Part shown: positions 40,658-50,788 of the stretch, piece by piece
How the letters are laid out: every line of letters begins with the position of its first letter
How positions within the stretch are numbered: position 1 is the stretch's first letter
DNA from: Dehalococcoidia bacterium
Lineage (GTDB): Bacteria > Chloroflexota > Dehalococcoidia > SM23-28-2 > RBG-16-64-32
Assembly (NCBI GenBank): GCA_963665775.2
Contig: CAXXTF010000001.1
Location: forward strand, 792,339 to 856,338
Length of the DNA: 64,000 nt
Direction of reading: 5' to 3'
The notes under the pieces: generated by a model
The model's input: only the letters and a program-made list of their open reading frames with translations
What the model was told of the DNA's origin: nothing
The model's database searches: none
Made by a program: the position numbers and the translations under genes

Positions 40658-41845
40658 ATGATAAATGAAGACATCGTCCTAGTCAGCGGGGCTCGTACCC
40701 CTATTGGCCGCTTCGGCGGCGCCTTTGTGGGCTACCCAGCTTCGGACCTGGGTGCTGCTGCCATCAAGAATGCAGTGGAGAGGGCGGGCATCCAGCCGGC
40801 GCAAGTGGATGAGGTGATCATGGGGTGCACCTCCCAATGGGCGGAAGACTCGTACGTCGCCCGCAACGCAGCGGTCAAGGCAGGCCTCCCCATTAGTACC
40901 CCCGCTTATACGGTAAATCGGCTCTGTGCCAGTGGCCTGGAAGCCATCGTCACCGCCGCCCGCTGGATCGAGACCGGCGACGCGGAGATAGTGGTGGCCG
41001 GTGGCACGGAGAACATGAGCATGCTGCCTCACTATGTGCGGGGGGCTCGCTGGGGCGAACTCCGGCTGGCTGACGGTATCTTGCAAGACGGTGTGCAGGC
41101 CCTCCTGACGGATCCCCTCACCCGCTACCACATGGGAGTGACAGCGGAGAACCTCGTGGCTCAGTTCGACATATCCCGCCAGGATATGGACAAGCTAGCC
41201 TTAGAGAGCCATCAGCGGGCTGTGGCATCCATCGAGCAGGGACACTTTAAGGATCAGGTCGTGCCCATAACCGTACGGTCGGGACGTGAGACTAAGGTCA
41301 TCGATACGGATGAAGGCCCACGTGCCGATACCAGCTTGGAGGCACTGAGCCGTCTACGTGCGATCTTCCAGGAAGGGGGAAGCGTTACCGCCGGCAACGC
41401 TAGCCAGCTTAATGACGGAGCCGCCGCCGTGGTGGTCGCGTCCCGTCGCAAGGCCGAGGAGTTAGACCTCAGGCCCAGGCTGCGGCTAGTAGCCCGCGCC
41501 GTGGCAGGGGTCGAGCCGTCCATAATGGGCACGGGACCGATACCGGCGGTAAGCAAGGTGTTGGACAGGGCCGGCATGGCCCTGCCGCAAATGGACGTAG
41601 TGGAGCTTAACGAGGCGTTTTCCGCCGTCGCTCTCACCTGCATCCGGGAACTGGGCCTCGACCCCGAGAAGACGAATCCCAACGGAGGCGCCATCGCCCT
41701 CGGACACCCAGTGGGGGCGACGGGGGCAATCCTGACCGTGAAGCTGATGTACGAGTTGGAGCGCCGACGGGAGCGCTTCGGGCTAGTGACCATGTGCGTC
41801 GGCGGTGGCCAGGGTATCGCCGCTATCTTTGAGCGCCTGAGCTAA
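40658..41845 (+). CDS. Thiolase (acetyl-CoA C-acyltransferase)
   Basis: VNRLCASG, NEAF, GHPVGATG, CVGGGQG. Confidence 0.97.
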   Translation: MINEDIVLVSGARTPIGRFGGAFVGYPASDLGAAAIKNAVERAGIQPAQVDEVIMGCTSQWAEDSYVARNAAVKAGLPISTPAYTVNRLCASGLEAIVTAARWIETGDAEIVVAGGTENMSMLPHYVRGARWGELRLADGILQDGVQALLTDPLTRYHMGVTAENLVAQFDISRQDMDKLALESHQRAVASIEQGHFKDQVVPITVRSGRETKVIDTDEGPRADTSLEALSRLRAIFQEGGSVTAGNASQLNDGAAAVVVASRRKAEELDLRPRLRLVARAVAGVEPSIMGTGPIPAVSKVLDRAGMALPQMDVVELNEAFSAVALTCIRELGLDPEKTNPNGGAIALGHPVGATGAILTVKLMYELERRRERFGLVTMCVGGGQGIAAIFERLS

Positions 41846-41951
41846 AGCTGTTAAGAGCAGGGCCGACTGCATCGCGACCGACGGCGCCCCCAACCGGCGG
41901 CGGCTCAGTCCCAATATTCTTCGCGTGGCTTTTGGACCCCCACAAGGCCAG

Positions 41952-41980
41952 TTGACAACGTGTTTCGTTAAAAGTATTAT
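41952..41980 (+). promoter_or_regulatory. sigma70-type promoter upstream of the CoA-transferase/ECH/ACAD genes
   Basis: TTGACA-17-TATTAT. Confidence 0.6.
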
Positions 41981-42258
41981 TCAGCGGTCAAACAGCAGCA
42001 GGCAAATGCCGAGCCGAGTTTGATATGGGCAATGTCGGTCTAAGTGTACAGTCCAGAGATGAGAGCGGAAGCGTTAGCCTCAGTAGCAGCCAAGTGGAGC
42101 CATAGATCAGCAGCTAAGGGATTGGCGTAATCACATCCGGTGCCAGTCGGTATCTCAGGGTAACTTTCTGATATCGTGGACTAGTGCTTGTTATTATCAG
42201 GGTGGTTCCGTCTGTAGGGCAATTCCGGTTGACCGACCTCGAGGAGGAAGGTAACGGG

Positions 42259-43539
42259 ATGCCCCATGGACCTCTCAACGGCGTCCGTGTCCTCGAGCTC
42301 TCCCAGATTGTGGGCGGACCTTTCGCGGGCATCATTCTGTCTGATCTCGGCGCCGATGTCATAAAGCTCGAGCCGCCTACAGGAGATCCCTTCAGGAACG
42401 CCGGAGCCGTCGTTCCGATGGAGGGCAAGCGCTTCCAGTCGCTTAACAGGGGCAAGCGAAGCCTCGTCGTCGATCTCCAAACAACGCAAGGTCAGGCCGT
42501 CGTGCATCGCCTCGTACGGTTCTTCGATTTACTCGTAGTCAACTATCGACCCGGCGTGGCGAACCGACTGCGCGTTGATTACCAGACGCTCTCCGCTCTC
42601 CATCCCCCACTCATCTACTGCGAAATCACAGGTTTTGGAAGTAAAGGTCCGCTCGCCGACCGGCCAGCGTCGGACATCATCGCCCTGGCCTATTCAGGGC
42701 TGATGGCGGGCGACGAGAAGATCGACGAGGACGGCGCTCCGCAACACATCACCCCTTCCATCGCGGATTACACCTGTGGCCTCTCCGCTGTCGTCGGTAT
42801 CTGCTCCGCCCTCTACCACCGCGCCCTCTCGGGGCAGGGCCAGCTTATTCAGACCTCGCTACTCCGTGGTGCGCTGGCTATCCAGGACACCTCGGTCATG
42901 CGCGAGCCAGTAAGCGACGCCGTCCTGCGTGACGCAATGCTCCAGGAGGTCAACCAGGCATGGTCCGACGGCGCAGGCTACGAGGAGATCCTCGAAATCC
43001 GAAAACGGCATCGTTTCGCCGGTGCGTCCTTTCATCGCTGCTACTACGGCAGCTATCAGACGAAGGACAGGCCCATCGTCCTCGGCTGCGTCACTCCCGC
43101 CACACTTGAGAGGGCACGTCAGGTCATTGGCATCCTCGATGACCCCAGCGAGCAGCCCGGCTTCAGCGCCCACTCCCAGGAGGGCCACGACCTGACCGCT
43201 GAGCTCAAGGCTCGCATAGCGCGCATCATGCGCACAAAGACATGCGCTGAGTGGCTCGCGGCGTTCGAGGCGAACGGTGTACCCGTCTCGCCCGTCAACC
43301 TTCCAGAGGAGATGGCCGACGATCCGCAGGTCCTGGCGACCGGCTTGATGGTCGGGCTGGAGCACGCCGTGACCGGACCCCAGCGGGTCGCCGGGCCGAT
43401 TGTGGAGATGTCCAGGACTCCGACAAAAGCGGTGCGAGCGGCCCCTTTCCTCGGCGCTCATACCGACGAGATCCTCTTACAGAGCGAATTCACGCGCACG
43501 GAGATCGCAGAGCTGCGTGAGCTCGGCGTCATTGGGTAG
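42259..43539 (+). CDS. CaiB/BaiF family III CoA-transferase
   Basis: GPLNGVRVLEL, DLGADVIKLE, NRGKRS, GAHTDEIL. Confidence 0.95.
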   Translation: MPHGPLNGVRVLELSQIVGGPFAGIILSDLGADVIKLEPPTGDPFRNAGAVVPMEGKRFQSLNRGKRSLVVDLQTTQGQAVVHRLVRFFDLLVVNYRPGVANRLRVDYQTLSALHPPLIYCEITGFGSKGPLADRPASDIIALAYSGLMAGDEKIDEDGAPQHITPSIADYTCGLSAVVGICSALYHRALSGQGQLIQTSLLRGALAIQDTSVMREPVSDAVLRDAMLQEVNQAWSDGAGYEEILEIRKRHRFAGASFHRCYYGSYQTKDRPIVLGCVTPATLERARQVIGILDDPSEQPGFSAHSQEGHDLTAELKARIARIMRTKTCAEWLAAFEANGVPVSPVNLPEEMADDPQVLATGLMVGLEHAVTGPQRVAGPIVEMSRTPTKAVRAAPFLGAHTDEILLQSEFTRTEIAELRELGVIG

Positions 43540-43593
43540 CGATGAAGGTCGTGGAATCGGCTGTCCAAAACTAGAGAGTCGCGGAGGTAAGCT

Positions 43594-44373
43594 GTGGACG
43601 AAATTCTACTGGAAAATCGAGAGGGCATCGCCATCGTGACCCTCAACCGGCCCGAGCGTCTGAACGCGATTTATCCGGGCATGAAGCCTTCGCTGGAAGA
43701 CATTATCGATGCGGTGCGTACCATGGACGACGTCCGCGCACTGGTTGTTACCGGCGCTGGCCGGGCCTTCTGCGCCGGCTATGACGCCCAGGCTCTACTG
43801 AGCTACAGCCCCAAGGATACGGGCCAGCGCAGTCTCCATGAGGACGCGCCCGGTCCGTGGCTCTTTGCCCAGCTCTCGGTCCCTACCGTCGCTGCCATAA
43901 ACGGCGCTGCAGTCGGGCTCGGGGCCGAGATACTCATCAGCTGCGATGTGCGCATCGCAGGCGAAGCGGCGCGGGTGGGCTGGGTCTTCCCCCATCGCGG
44001 CATTGTCCCCGACGTTGGACTGGGGACCTGGCTACTGCCGAAGATCGTCGGCTTGAGCCGCGCCGCCCGCATTCTCTTTAGCGGGGAGATCATGGATGCC
44101 AGCACCCTCCTGGAAATGGGCCTTGTGGAGAAGGTGGTGCCGAACCAGGGGCTCCTGGAAGAGGCGATTGACATGGCGAAGCGCCTCAGCACCGGCGCGC
44201 CCCTGGCCATTCGTGAGATGAAACGGCTTCTTTACCGGGGCCTTGAGCGTGACTTCAGCCAGCACTCGGAGGACAACGCGGAGACGCTTCGCCGCCTGTT
44301 CGCCAGCGAAGACTTCCAGGAGGGGGTACGTTCCTTCTTGGAGAAACGCAGCCCGGTCTGGACTGGCCGCTAG
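43594..44373 (+). CDS. Enoyl-CoA hydratase/isomerase
   Basis: TLNRPERLNA, AFCAGYD, AAINGAAVGLG, EGVRSFLEKR. Confidence 0.95.
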   Translation: MDEILLENREGIAIVTLNRPERLNAIYPGMKPSLEDIIDAVRTMDDVRALVVTGAGRAFCAGYDAQALLSYSPKDTGQRSLHEDAPGPWLFAQLSVPTVAAINGAAVGLGAEILISCDVRIAGEAARVGWVFPHRGIVPDVGLGTWLLPKIVGLSRAARILFSGEIMDASTLLEMGLVEKVVPNQGLLEEAIDMAKRLSTGAPLAIREMKRLLYRGLERDFSQHSEDNAETLRRLFASEDFQEGVRSFLEKRSPVWTGR

Positions 44374-44439
44374 GTGGTGGGCCTCGGGGGCCAGCCTCGT
44401 TTGTCGCGTGTGTAGGGATAGTCGACGGGAGGTGACTAG

Positions 44440-45600
44440 GTGCATTTCAAGTTCACTCCAGAACAGGAGCAGTTCCGCCACGAAGTGAGCGCCTTTGTCG
44501 AGGCCGAGTGGCATGGAGGGGAAGGGGAAGTATTGATAGGGGAAGGCAGCGACGAGGCCTGGCATGCCGAGCAGGCCTTCCGAAAGAAGCTGGCCCAGCG
44601 CCGATGGTTAACCCTCGCCTGGCCCCCGGAATGGGGCGGTTGCGGCGCCTCCCCTGTCCAGCAGACTATCTATAACGAAGTGATGGCCTATTACGGTGCA
44701 CCAGGCGCGGATATGGGCGCCGATCGAATCGGCCCCACGCTTATGCTCTTTGGTACCGACCAACAAAAACGTGAGTTCCTGCCGGGTATAGTGGCTGGCC
44801 AAAGCACCTGGTGCCAGGGCTTCTCGGAGCCAAATGCGGGCTCGGATCTGGCGAACCTTCAGACACGAGCAGTAGAAGACGGCGACTATTTCATCATCAA
44901 TGGGCAAAAGATTTGGATCAGCAACGCCCACCGGGCCGACCTGATGTTCTTGCTGGCGCGTACAGATCCAGAGGCACCGAAGCACCGGGGCATCTCGGCG
45001 TTTCTGGTGGATATGCAAACGCCTGGCATTAAGATTGCGCCCTTGGTCAATATGGCGGGGGGCCACGGCTTCAGTCAGGTCTTCTTTGACAACGTGCGCA
45101 TCCCAAGGGAGCGGCTGGTGGGAGAGAAAAACCAGGGCTGGTACGTCGCGACTAAGACGCTCGACTTCGAGCGCTCGGGCATCGGACGCATTGCGCCTGC
45201 CCAGCGAGTGCTAAAAGAAACCATCACCTTCGTGCGCGGGCAGCCACTGGCTGAGGCCCAGTGCTATCTAGTACGAACAAGGCTGGCTGAGTTCGCCATC
45301 GAGTACGAGGTCGGCCGGCTCCTTGCCTACCACGTAGCCTGGCTCCAAGAGCAGGGGGAGGTGCCCAACTACGAGGCCTCCCTCGCCAAAACCTTTGGCT
45401 CAGAGATGCAGCAGCGCCTTGCCGGGTTCCTCATTAATCTTTGCGGCCTCTACGGCCAACTGACATCGGCTTGGGCTCCCTTGAACCTCCTCGCCTCGGA
45501 GTATTATCTCAAGGCGGCAGCTTTCACCATCGCGGCCGGCACCAGTGAGATCCAGCGCAACATTATCGCCACCCGAGGGCTGGGGCTGCCGCGGGGGTGA
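44440..45600 (+). CDS. Acyl-CoA dehydrogenase
   Basis: WCQGFSEPNAGSDLA, NGQKIW, TIAAGTSEIQRNIIA. Confidence 0.96.
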   Translation: MHFKFTPEQEQFRHEVSAFVEAEWHGGEGEVLIGEGSDEAWHAEQAFRKKLAQRRWLTLAWPPEWGGCGASPVQQTIYNEVMAYYGAPGADMGADRIGPTLMLFGTDQQKREFLPGIVAGQSTWCQGFSEPNAGSDLANLQTRAVEDGDYFIINGQKIWISNAHRADLMFLLARTDPEAPKHRGISAFLVDMQTPGIKIAPLVNMAGGHGFSQVFFDNVRIPRERLVGEKNQGWYVATKTLDFERSGIGRIAPAQRVLKETITFVRGQPLAEAQCYLVRTRLAEFAIEYEVGRLLAYHVAWLQEQGEVPNYEASLAKTFGSEMQQRLAGFLINLCGLYGQLTSAWAPLNLLASEYYLKAAAFTIAAGTSEIQRNIIATRGLGLPRG

Positions 45601-45837
45601 CGTCGGAGGTGGGGCGTAAGAAAGAATTGTCCGTAAAGCGCTGGCATTGATGAAACTGGGGTAAGAACGGGGTGAAATCGGGACCTCGCCGAAGGTCCGG
45701 ATTCGAAACTGCGGTAAGCCTGCGGTGAAACTTCGGTGGATTCACTTGGACGATAGCCGAGGCCGCGAGGGCCTTAATTGCTAAGGTAATTGTTAAGGCG
45801 CTAGATTCAGAATCTTCAGGATACCTTCAGGGAAATT

Positions 45838-46270
45838 TCAGGCTAATCGGGCCTTTCCAGAAATCGGACTCCCCTCCGCTAGCCTCCCCTTCAAGCGATC
45901 TGCCGGGCTGAACAGGACGTGCGCCTGCGCCGCTTTTTCAGCGTCGTAGGTCGCCGTGTAGCGCTGCAGCATCGCCGGCGTGGAGCGGCCGAAAAGCGTC
46001 TGGACGTCAATCTCCCTCGCTTGCTGCTCGATGGCCCAGGTGGCGAAGGTGTGGCGGAAGCGGTGCGGATGTACGTGATGTAGAGAGGCCTTCTGGCCCA
46101 GCCTCTGGAAGATGGTGCGCGGGGCGGTCCGGCACAGTTGCCCGCCCCGGCAGGTCAGAAATAGCGGTCCGGGGCCTTCACCGCGGAACCGCCCGAAGTA
46201 GTATTCGATGACCTGGCGCGCCTCAACCCCAAGAACCGTGTGGCGGTGGCCCTCCCTGGGCCCCATCGCG
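45838..46270 (-). pseudogene. Tyrosine recombinase C-terminal remnant
   Basis: HPHRFRHTFAT...LFGRSTPAMLQRY; N-terminal part missing. Confidence 0.8.
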
Positions 46271-46468
46271 TGGACCTTCTTGAGCCGGGTAATCAGCACG
46301 AGGATGGAGATGCGGGGCGGTGGCCAAATCGGCATTGCTCGATTTCCGGTGATGAAATTTCAGATCCGTCTGTTGAGCCCGACAAGATACTGCCGCCCCA
46401 AAAGATAAATACGTTGGAGTTACCTGCTGCCATATCACATCCCTGGATATGACGTTATTTTACCGAAC

Positions 46469-47110
46469 ATGATAGCGCGAGAATCGAGTGCGGAGGCCAG
46501 AACCTTCCAGCACGAGGGGGCCACCCTCCACGAGGAGGCTTTGGTAGCCGCCCTCAAGGCCCGCTCGCCGGAAGCCTGGGCCCATCTGTACGAGCTGCAT
46601 TATAGGTATATCTACAGATTCGCCCTCCTGCGGACCTCCGACCCGGTGGTCGCCGAGGATGTGGCCGCCACCGTTTTCCTGGAGGCCCTCCGCAGCATCG
46701 GCTCCTATTCCTACCGCGGACGGCCTATCTTAGCCTGGCTCTACCGGATCGCCCGCAACGTGGTCAGCGATCAGCAGAAGGCCCAGCGCCGTGCCCAAGG
46801 CGATCCTCCGGGTGTCCCCCACCGGGTCTTCTCCTTTTTCCGCTACACCAGGCCACAACCCTCAGAGTTGCCTGTCAGCGGAGCCGGCGACGATCCAGCC
46901 ACCGCTGTCGACCGTCTGGATCTCGAGCAGGCTATCCGCCGCCTTACAGCAAGCCAGCAGGAAGTGGTCGCCCTTCACTACTACTTCGGCCTGACGGCAC
47001 CTGAAGTGGCCAGGGTACTCGGCAAGAGAGAGGCAGCCGTCTACTCGCTGCTAGCACGGGCCATTGCAGCCCTGCGTCACTTACTGGCACCCCGCCAAGA
47101 AACTTCTTAG
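46469..47110 (+). CDS. ECF sigma-70 factor
   Basis: AEDVAATVFLEAL, AWLYRIARN, LTASQQEVVALHY...VARVLGK. Confidence 0.93.
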   Translation: MIARESSAEARTFQHEGATLHEEALVAALKARSPEAWAHLYELHYRYIYRFALLRTSDPVVAEDVAATVFLEALRSIGSYSYRGRPILAWLYRIARNVVSDQQKAQRRAQGDPPGVPHRVFSFFRYTRPQPSELPVSGAGDDPATAVDRLDLEQAIRRLTASQQEVVALHYYFGLTAPEVARVLGKREAAVYSLLARAIAALRHLLAPRQETS

Positions 47111-47167
47111 CGTCAGCGATGAGTTTTCCTCTCTCTGGCAGATAAACAGTATGAAAAGGTAGGAGAG

Positions 47168-48343
47168 ATGCACGCGGACAACGAGTTGCACAAGCTGCTG
47201 CAAGAGAGCCTGAGGTATCTGGAGATGTCAGGTGACCTGGAGACCTGCTTGCAGCGGTACCCTGAGCAGGCCCAGGAGCTGCGTCCGTACTTGGAGATGG
47301 CCGCCTCCCTCGGCGCCCGCGATCTGGCTCAACCCTCCTTAAGAAGCCAGCGCCAGGCCCGGCAGCGGCTGCTCTCTCAGGTCGCTCGACTAAACCAGCG
47401 AGGGGCGAGTGTCAAGCAGGCGGCGATCTTTACTAAGAGGCTAGCACAAATTGCAGTTGTGACGGCGGCGGTGTTCCTCCTGGGGGGAACGATGGTCGCT
47501 TCCGCGGCCCTCGGTGGTCCCAACGTCGCGAATCCTCTCATTGACGCCGTGACGGGTGGCGATAAAGCCGCCAACAACCCCATCACTGTCAGTGACAACG
47601 CCATCCGCACCGACGCCTCCCCAGAGGCCAATAGCGCCAGCGACGGCAACAATGACCCCTCCGACAATGCCGCCACCGGCGGCGACGGTCATAGCGTTGC
47701 CGCTGCTGACGGCGAGAGCGGGCGCGCCATACTGCCAGATGAGCCCGCTGACGGCGAAAGCGGGCGCGCCGTGCTGCCAGATGAGCCCGCTGACTGCGAG
47801 AGCGGGCGCGCCGTGCTGCCAGATGAGCAGGCCGACGGAGAGAGCGGGCGCGCCGTGCTGCCAGATGAGCAGGCCGACGGAGAGAGCGGGCCCGCCATAC
47901 TGCCAAATGAGCCCGCTGACTGCGAGAGCGGGCACACCATACTGCCAGATGAGCTCGCTGACGGCGAGAGCGGGCGCGCCGTACCGCTAGATGAGCCCGC
48001 TGACGGCGAGAGCGGGCGCGCCATACTGCCAGATGAGCCCGCTGACGGCGAAAGCGGGCGCGCCGTGCTGCCAGATGAGCCGGCTGACGGCGAGAGCGGG
48101 CCCGCCGTGCTGCCAGATGAGCAGGCCGACGGAGAGAGCGGGCCCGCCGTGCTGCCAGATGAGCCCGCTGACGGCGAGAGCGGGCGCGCCCTGCTGCCGC
48201 CAGATGAGCAGGCCGACGGCGAGAGCGGGCGCGCCCTGTTGCCGCCAGATGAGCCGGCTGACGGCGAGAGCGGGCGCGCCGTACTGCCAGATGAGCAGGA
48301 AGAGCCGGGCCTCCACGAGGCGGCGCTGGGACATTTCTTATAG
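47168..48343 (+). CDS. Putative anti-sigma factor with TM helix and acidic tandem-repeat ectodomain
   Basis: Directly after the ECF gene; LETCLQRYPEQAQELRPYL N-domain; one TM; repeats. Confidence 0.8.
   Translation: MHADNELHKLLQESLRYLEMSGDLETCLQRYPEQAQELRPYLEMAASLGARDLAQPSLRSQRQARQRLLSQVARLNQRGASVKQAAIFTKRLAQIAVVTAAVFLLGGTMVASAALGGPNVANPLIDAVTGGDKAANNPITVSDNAIRTDASPEANSASDGNNDPSDNAATGGDGHSVAAADGESGRAILPDEPADGESGRAVLPDEPADCESGRAVLPDEQADGESGRAVLPDEQADGESGPAILPNEPADCESGHTILPDELADGESGRAVPLDEPADGESGRAILPDEPADGESGRAVLPDEPADGESGPAVLPDEQADGESGPAVLPDEPADGESGRALLPPDEQADGESGRALLPPDEPADGESGRAVLPDEQEEPGLHEAALGHFL
47705..48298 (+). repeat. 42-bp tandem repeat x14 (ADGESGRAVLPDEP; two units have an extra Pro)
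   Basis: GCTGACGGCGAGAGCGGGCGCGCCGTGCTGCCAGATGAGCCC consensus, no spacers. Confidence 0.97.
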
Positions 48344-48432
48344 AGGGTGGTGAGGACGCGAAGGTTGCAACTGGTGAACATACGACGGTCAGTCGAACCG
48401 TTGAGGTAGAAAGTCGAAGGTAGGAGGACGTA

Positions 48433-49275
48433 ATGAGGAAACTACTCTTGGTTCCGCTGCTGGCGGTAATTGCGGCGGCTGGTTGGCTCCTTACGAGCGG
48501 TGGTGGCGGAGTCGGGCATGCGGGAGACCTAGCCGCGCCAACGCTAGAAAGACCCCAAATACTCGTTTGCTATTCCCTTCACGGAGGGAACGACCCTAAC
48601 GTTCGGGTAGACCTAGTCACTGACAATTTCGGGCAAGACACCGTGCGGGTCCGCCGTTCGACTCTGATGTGTGAGGCAGGTCAGAAGTTCAGGCTGGATT
48701 CGGCGGGCAATCTAACAGATGCAACGGGGACTGCTGACGGTAGGGTGCTGCAGTGCTTCGGCCTTCTGCGAGGCGCAGACCCAGACGACCCTGTTACGCT
48801 CATTACGGAGAACTTCGGGCCCGATAGGGTAGACGTGCGGCGTGCCACCTCGATGTGCGAGATAGCGCGGATACACCGAGTTACCGACAGCTTCGCGCCT
48901 GACCATGTGTTGGACTACCGAGGTCCGGTGCTCGAATGCTATCGGCTGCGGGGTGGTGATGACCCTCACGCCCGCGTGGTCCTTAATACGCGCAACTTCG
49001 AGAGAGACGAGGTGGTAGTCCGGCAGGCCATCGCCATGTGCGAGGAGGCGAAGAAGATCAGGCCGGCCTCAGCCGCGCACCCCGGTGGGGAGACGGGTTC
49101 GCCGACCGGATACGTCTGGGAATGCTTCTCGCTTGAGGAAGGTGATAGCCCGGGCGCTAAGGTCGTCCTCCAGACCCGTAATTTTGGCGAGGATGAGGTC
49201 AGAGTTGGCCGCGCCATCCTGATGTGTGAGGCAGCCAAGAAGCTGCGTCTCGACTCGCTGCCGGTACCGGGATAG
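48433..49275 (+). CDS. Secreted protein with four 2-Cys internal repeats
   Basis: AGGAGG RBS; signal peptide; 4x C[YF]xLxxGxDP...VxLxTxNFG.D.VxVRR...MCE. Confidence 0.85.
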   Translation: MRKLLLVPLLAVIAAAGWLLTSGGGGVGHAGDLAAPTLERPQILVCYSLHGGNDPNVRVDLVTDNFGQDTVRVRRSTLMCEAGQKFRLDSAGNLTDATGTADGRVLQCFGLLRGADPDDPVTLITENFGPDRVDVRRATSMCEIARIHRVTDSFAPDHVLDYRGPVLECYRLRGGDDPHARVVLNTRNFERDEVVVRQAIAMCEEAKKIRPASAAHPGGETGSPTGYVWECFSLEEGDSPGAKVVLQTRNFGEDEVRVGRAILMCEAAKKLRLDSLPVPG

Positions 49276-49539
49276 CCATAAGTTCCTGGGTATTGCCCAG
49301 CCCCCGGCGCCCAGCGGGAAAGAGGAGGCGGTAGCAATAGACGGCTACCGTCTCTTCTTTCCCGGACCCGTCCAACTTCTTCAACGATTGGTAACGCCAA
49401 TGCAAGTCAAGTGGGGCGGTGTGTCTTGGGAAGCAGCGTTTTCCGCATCGTGGGCGCATGCGTTTACGGCAAAGTCTGGAGCGGGGCTGCGGCCACAGAT
49501 CGGGTCTTAGGCACTCGGTGCCCTAAGGGGGCGGACGGC

Positions 49540-50140
49540 TGTGGGGTGCCAAAATGTCATCCGTATCTGGACGGGGTTGACTTGATGAGATGATTGGGCC
49601 AGCGTTGGGGCATTACGTAGTCACGGAGGCCCAGCATTGATCACCTACTTTTTGCTCCTTGGCTCTGCCCTGCGCGCCACCGTTAGATCTCAGCAGCACC
49701 TCGTCCTGGAGAATCTCGCCCTCCGCCAGCAACTCGCCGTCCTCTCCCGCCAGTCGCGTCGACCCAGGCTGGAACCCGCTGACCGGCTGTTCTGGTCCTT
49801 CCTCTCTCGGCGCTGGTCGCGCTGGCAATCGGCGGTCCTGCTTGTTCAGCCGGAGACGGTCATCCGCTGGCAACGCACAGCCTGGCAAAGGTACTGGACT
49901 TGGAAGTGCAGGCAAGGTGGATCTCCGGGCCGATCACGTGTCCCGAAAGAGGTCCGACAGTTAATCCGGCGCCTGGCCCGCGAGAACTCCCGCTGGGGCA
50001 GCCTCCGCGTCGTTGGCGAACTCCGCGCGCTCGGCTACTACGTCAGTGCTCAGACGGTCCGCCGCTACCGTCAGCAGGCGCTGCGGCGCCCGCCCTCTCA
50101 GTCCTGGCAAACCTTCCTCAGAAACCTTGCACCCCATATG
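49540..50140 (+). mobile_element. IS481-like left end + transposase N-terminal half
   Basis: IR TGTGGGGTGCCAAAATGTCATCCGTATCT; ...RENSRWGSLRVVGEL...SQSWQTFLRN; truncated. Confidence 0.88.
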
Positions 50141-50611
50141 CTGCGGCTGCCAGATGAGGATCTAGAGGGATTCGAGGCCGAATAAGGTTGTATAATCAGG
50201 CCATGTGGGAGCGGCGCTACCCTGTGCGGGAAGAGGTGCATGATGGGCACCTCCGCTTAGGAGCGGTGGAGGGAGCGCATGGCGATTGCTACTTCCACAT
50301 TGCTAGGGGAGGACGGCGGTGTCGCTCACCGGCTACCAAGCTAGTTAGCCTGCTTCTCACAATTGGCATCGACCAGAAGGTGTGGGCCTGCGCGCGGCAC
50401 GCTAACGAGGTCAGGTAAAGTGGGAAAGTAGATAACAGCTTGGACGGATGCGCTTAGCGAATTCTGGGAACAGGGCGGCCAAGACACTCTGCAGGCTGTA
50501 GTCGATGAGTGCAAAAGCGATCCGTTGGCGGTCCTGAAGTATGAAGGCTGGCTGAACCAGCTGCAGGCAGTATTGCGAGGGGCTGCCCTCAAGGGCGCTC
50601 TAAGGCGCGAT

Positions 50612-50788
50612 TGATCATGCTCGGTTACAAAGACGCCGCTGATCGCATCCAGGACCTCTTCCTCTCGAGGCGAAGGGCGGAGGCGATCGAAGCCGTGCCT
50701 GACGAGTATTGCGACGAGATGAGCCTCATCCGCCCACCGGCGCGCATCAAGGAATGCTATAGGCGGTGGGAGCACGCGGGCGTGACCG
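50612..50788 (+). pseudogene. Fragment closely similar to the LLM oxidoreductase 3' region (33078-32902)
   Basis: About 12 mismatches in about 177 bp by manual alignment. Confidence 0.9.

Noticed and set aside
47705-48298. 42-bp repeats as a CRISPR array
   Set aside because: Units are contiguous with no unique spacers, stay in frame within a CDS, and no cas genes are present
50612-50788. LLM duplicate as a DGR template/variable repeat pair
   Set aside because: Mismatches are not adenine-specific, many are at third codon positions, and there is no reverse transcriptase
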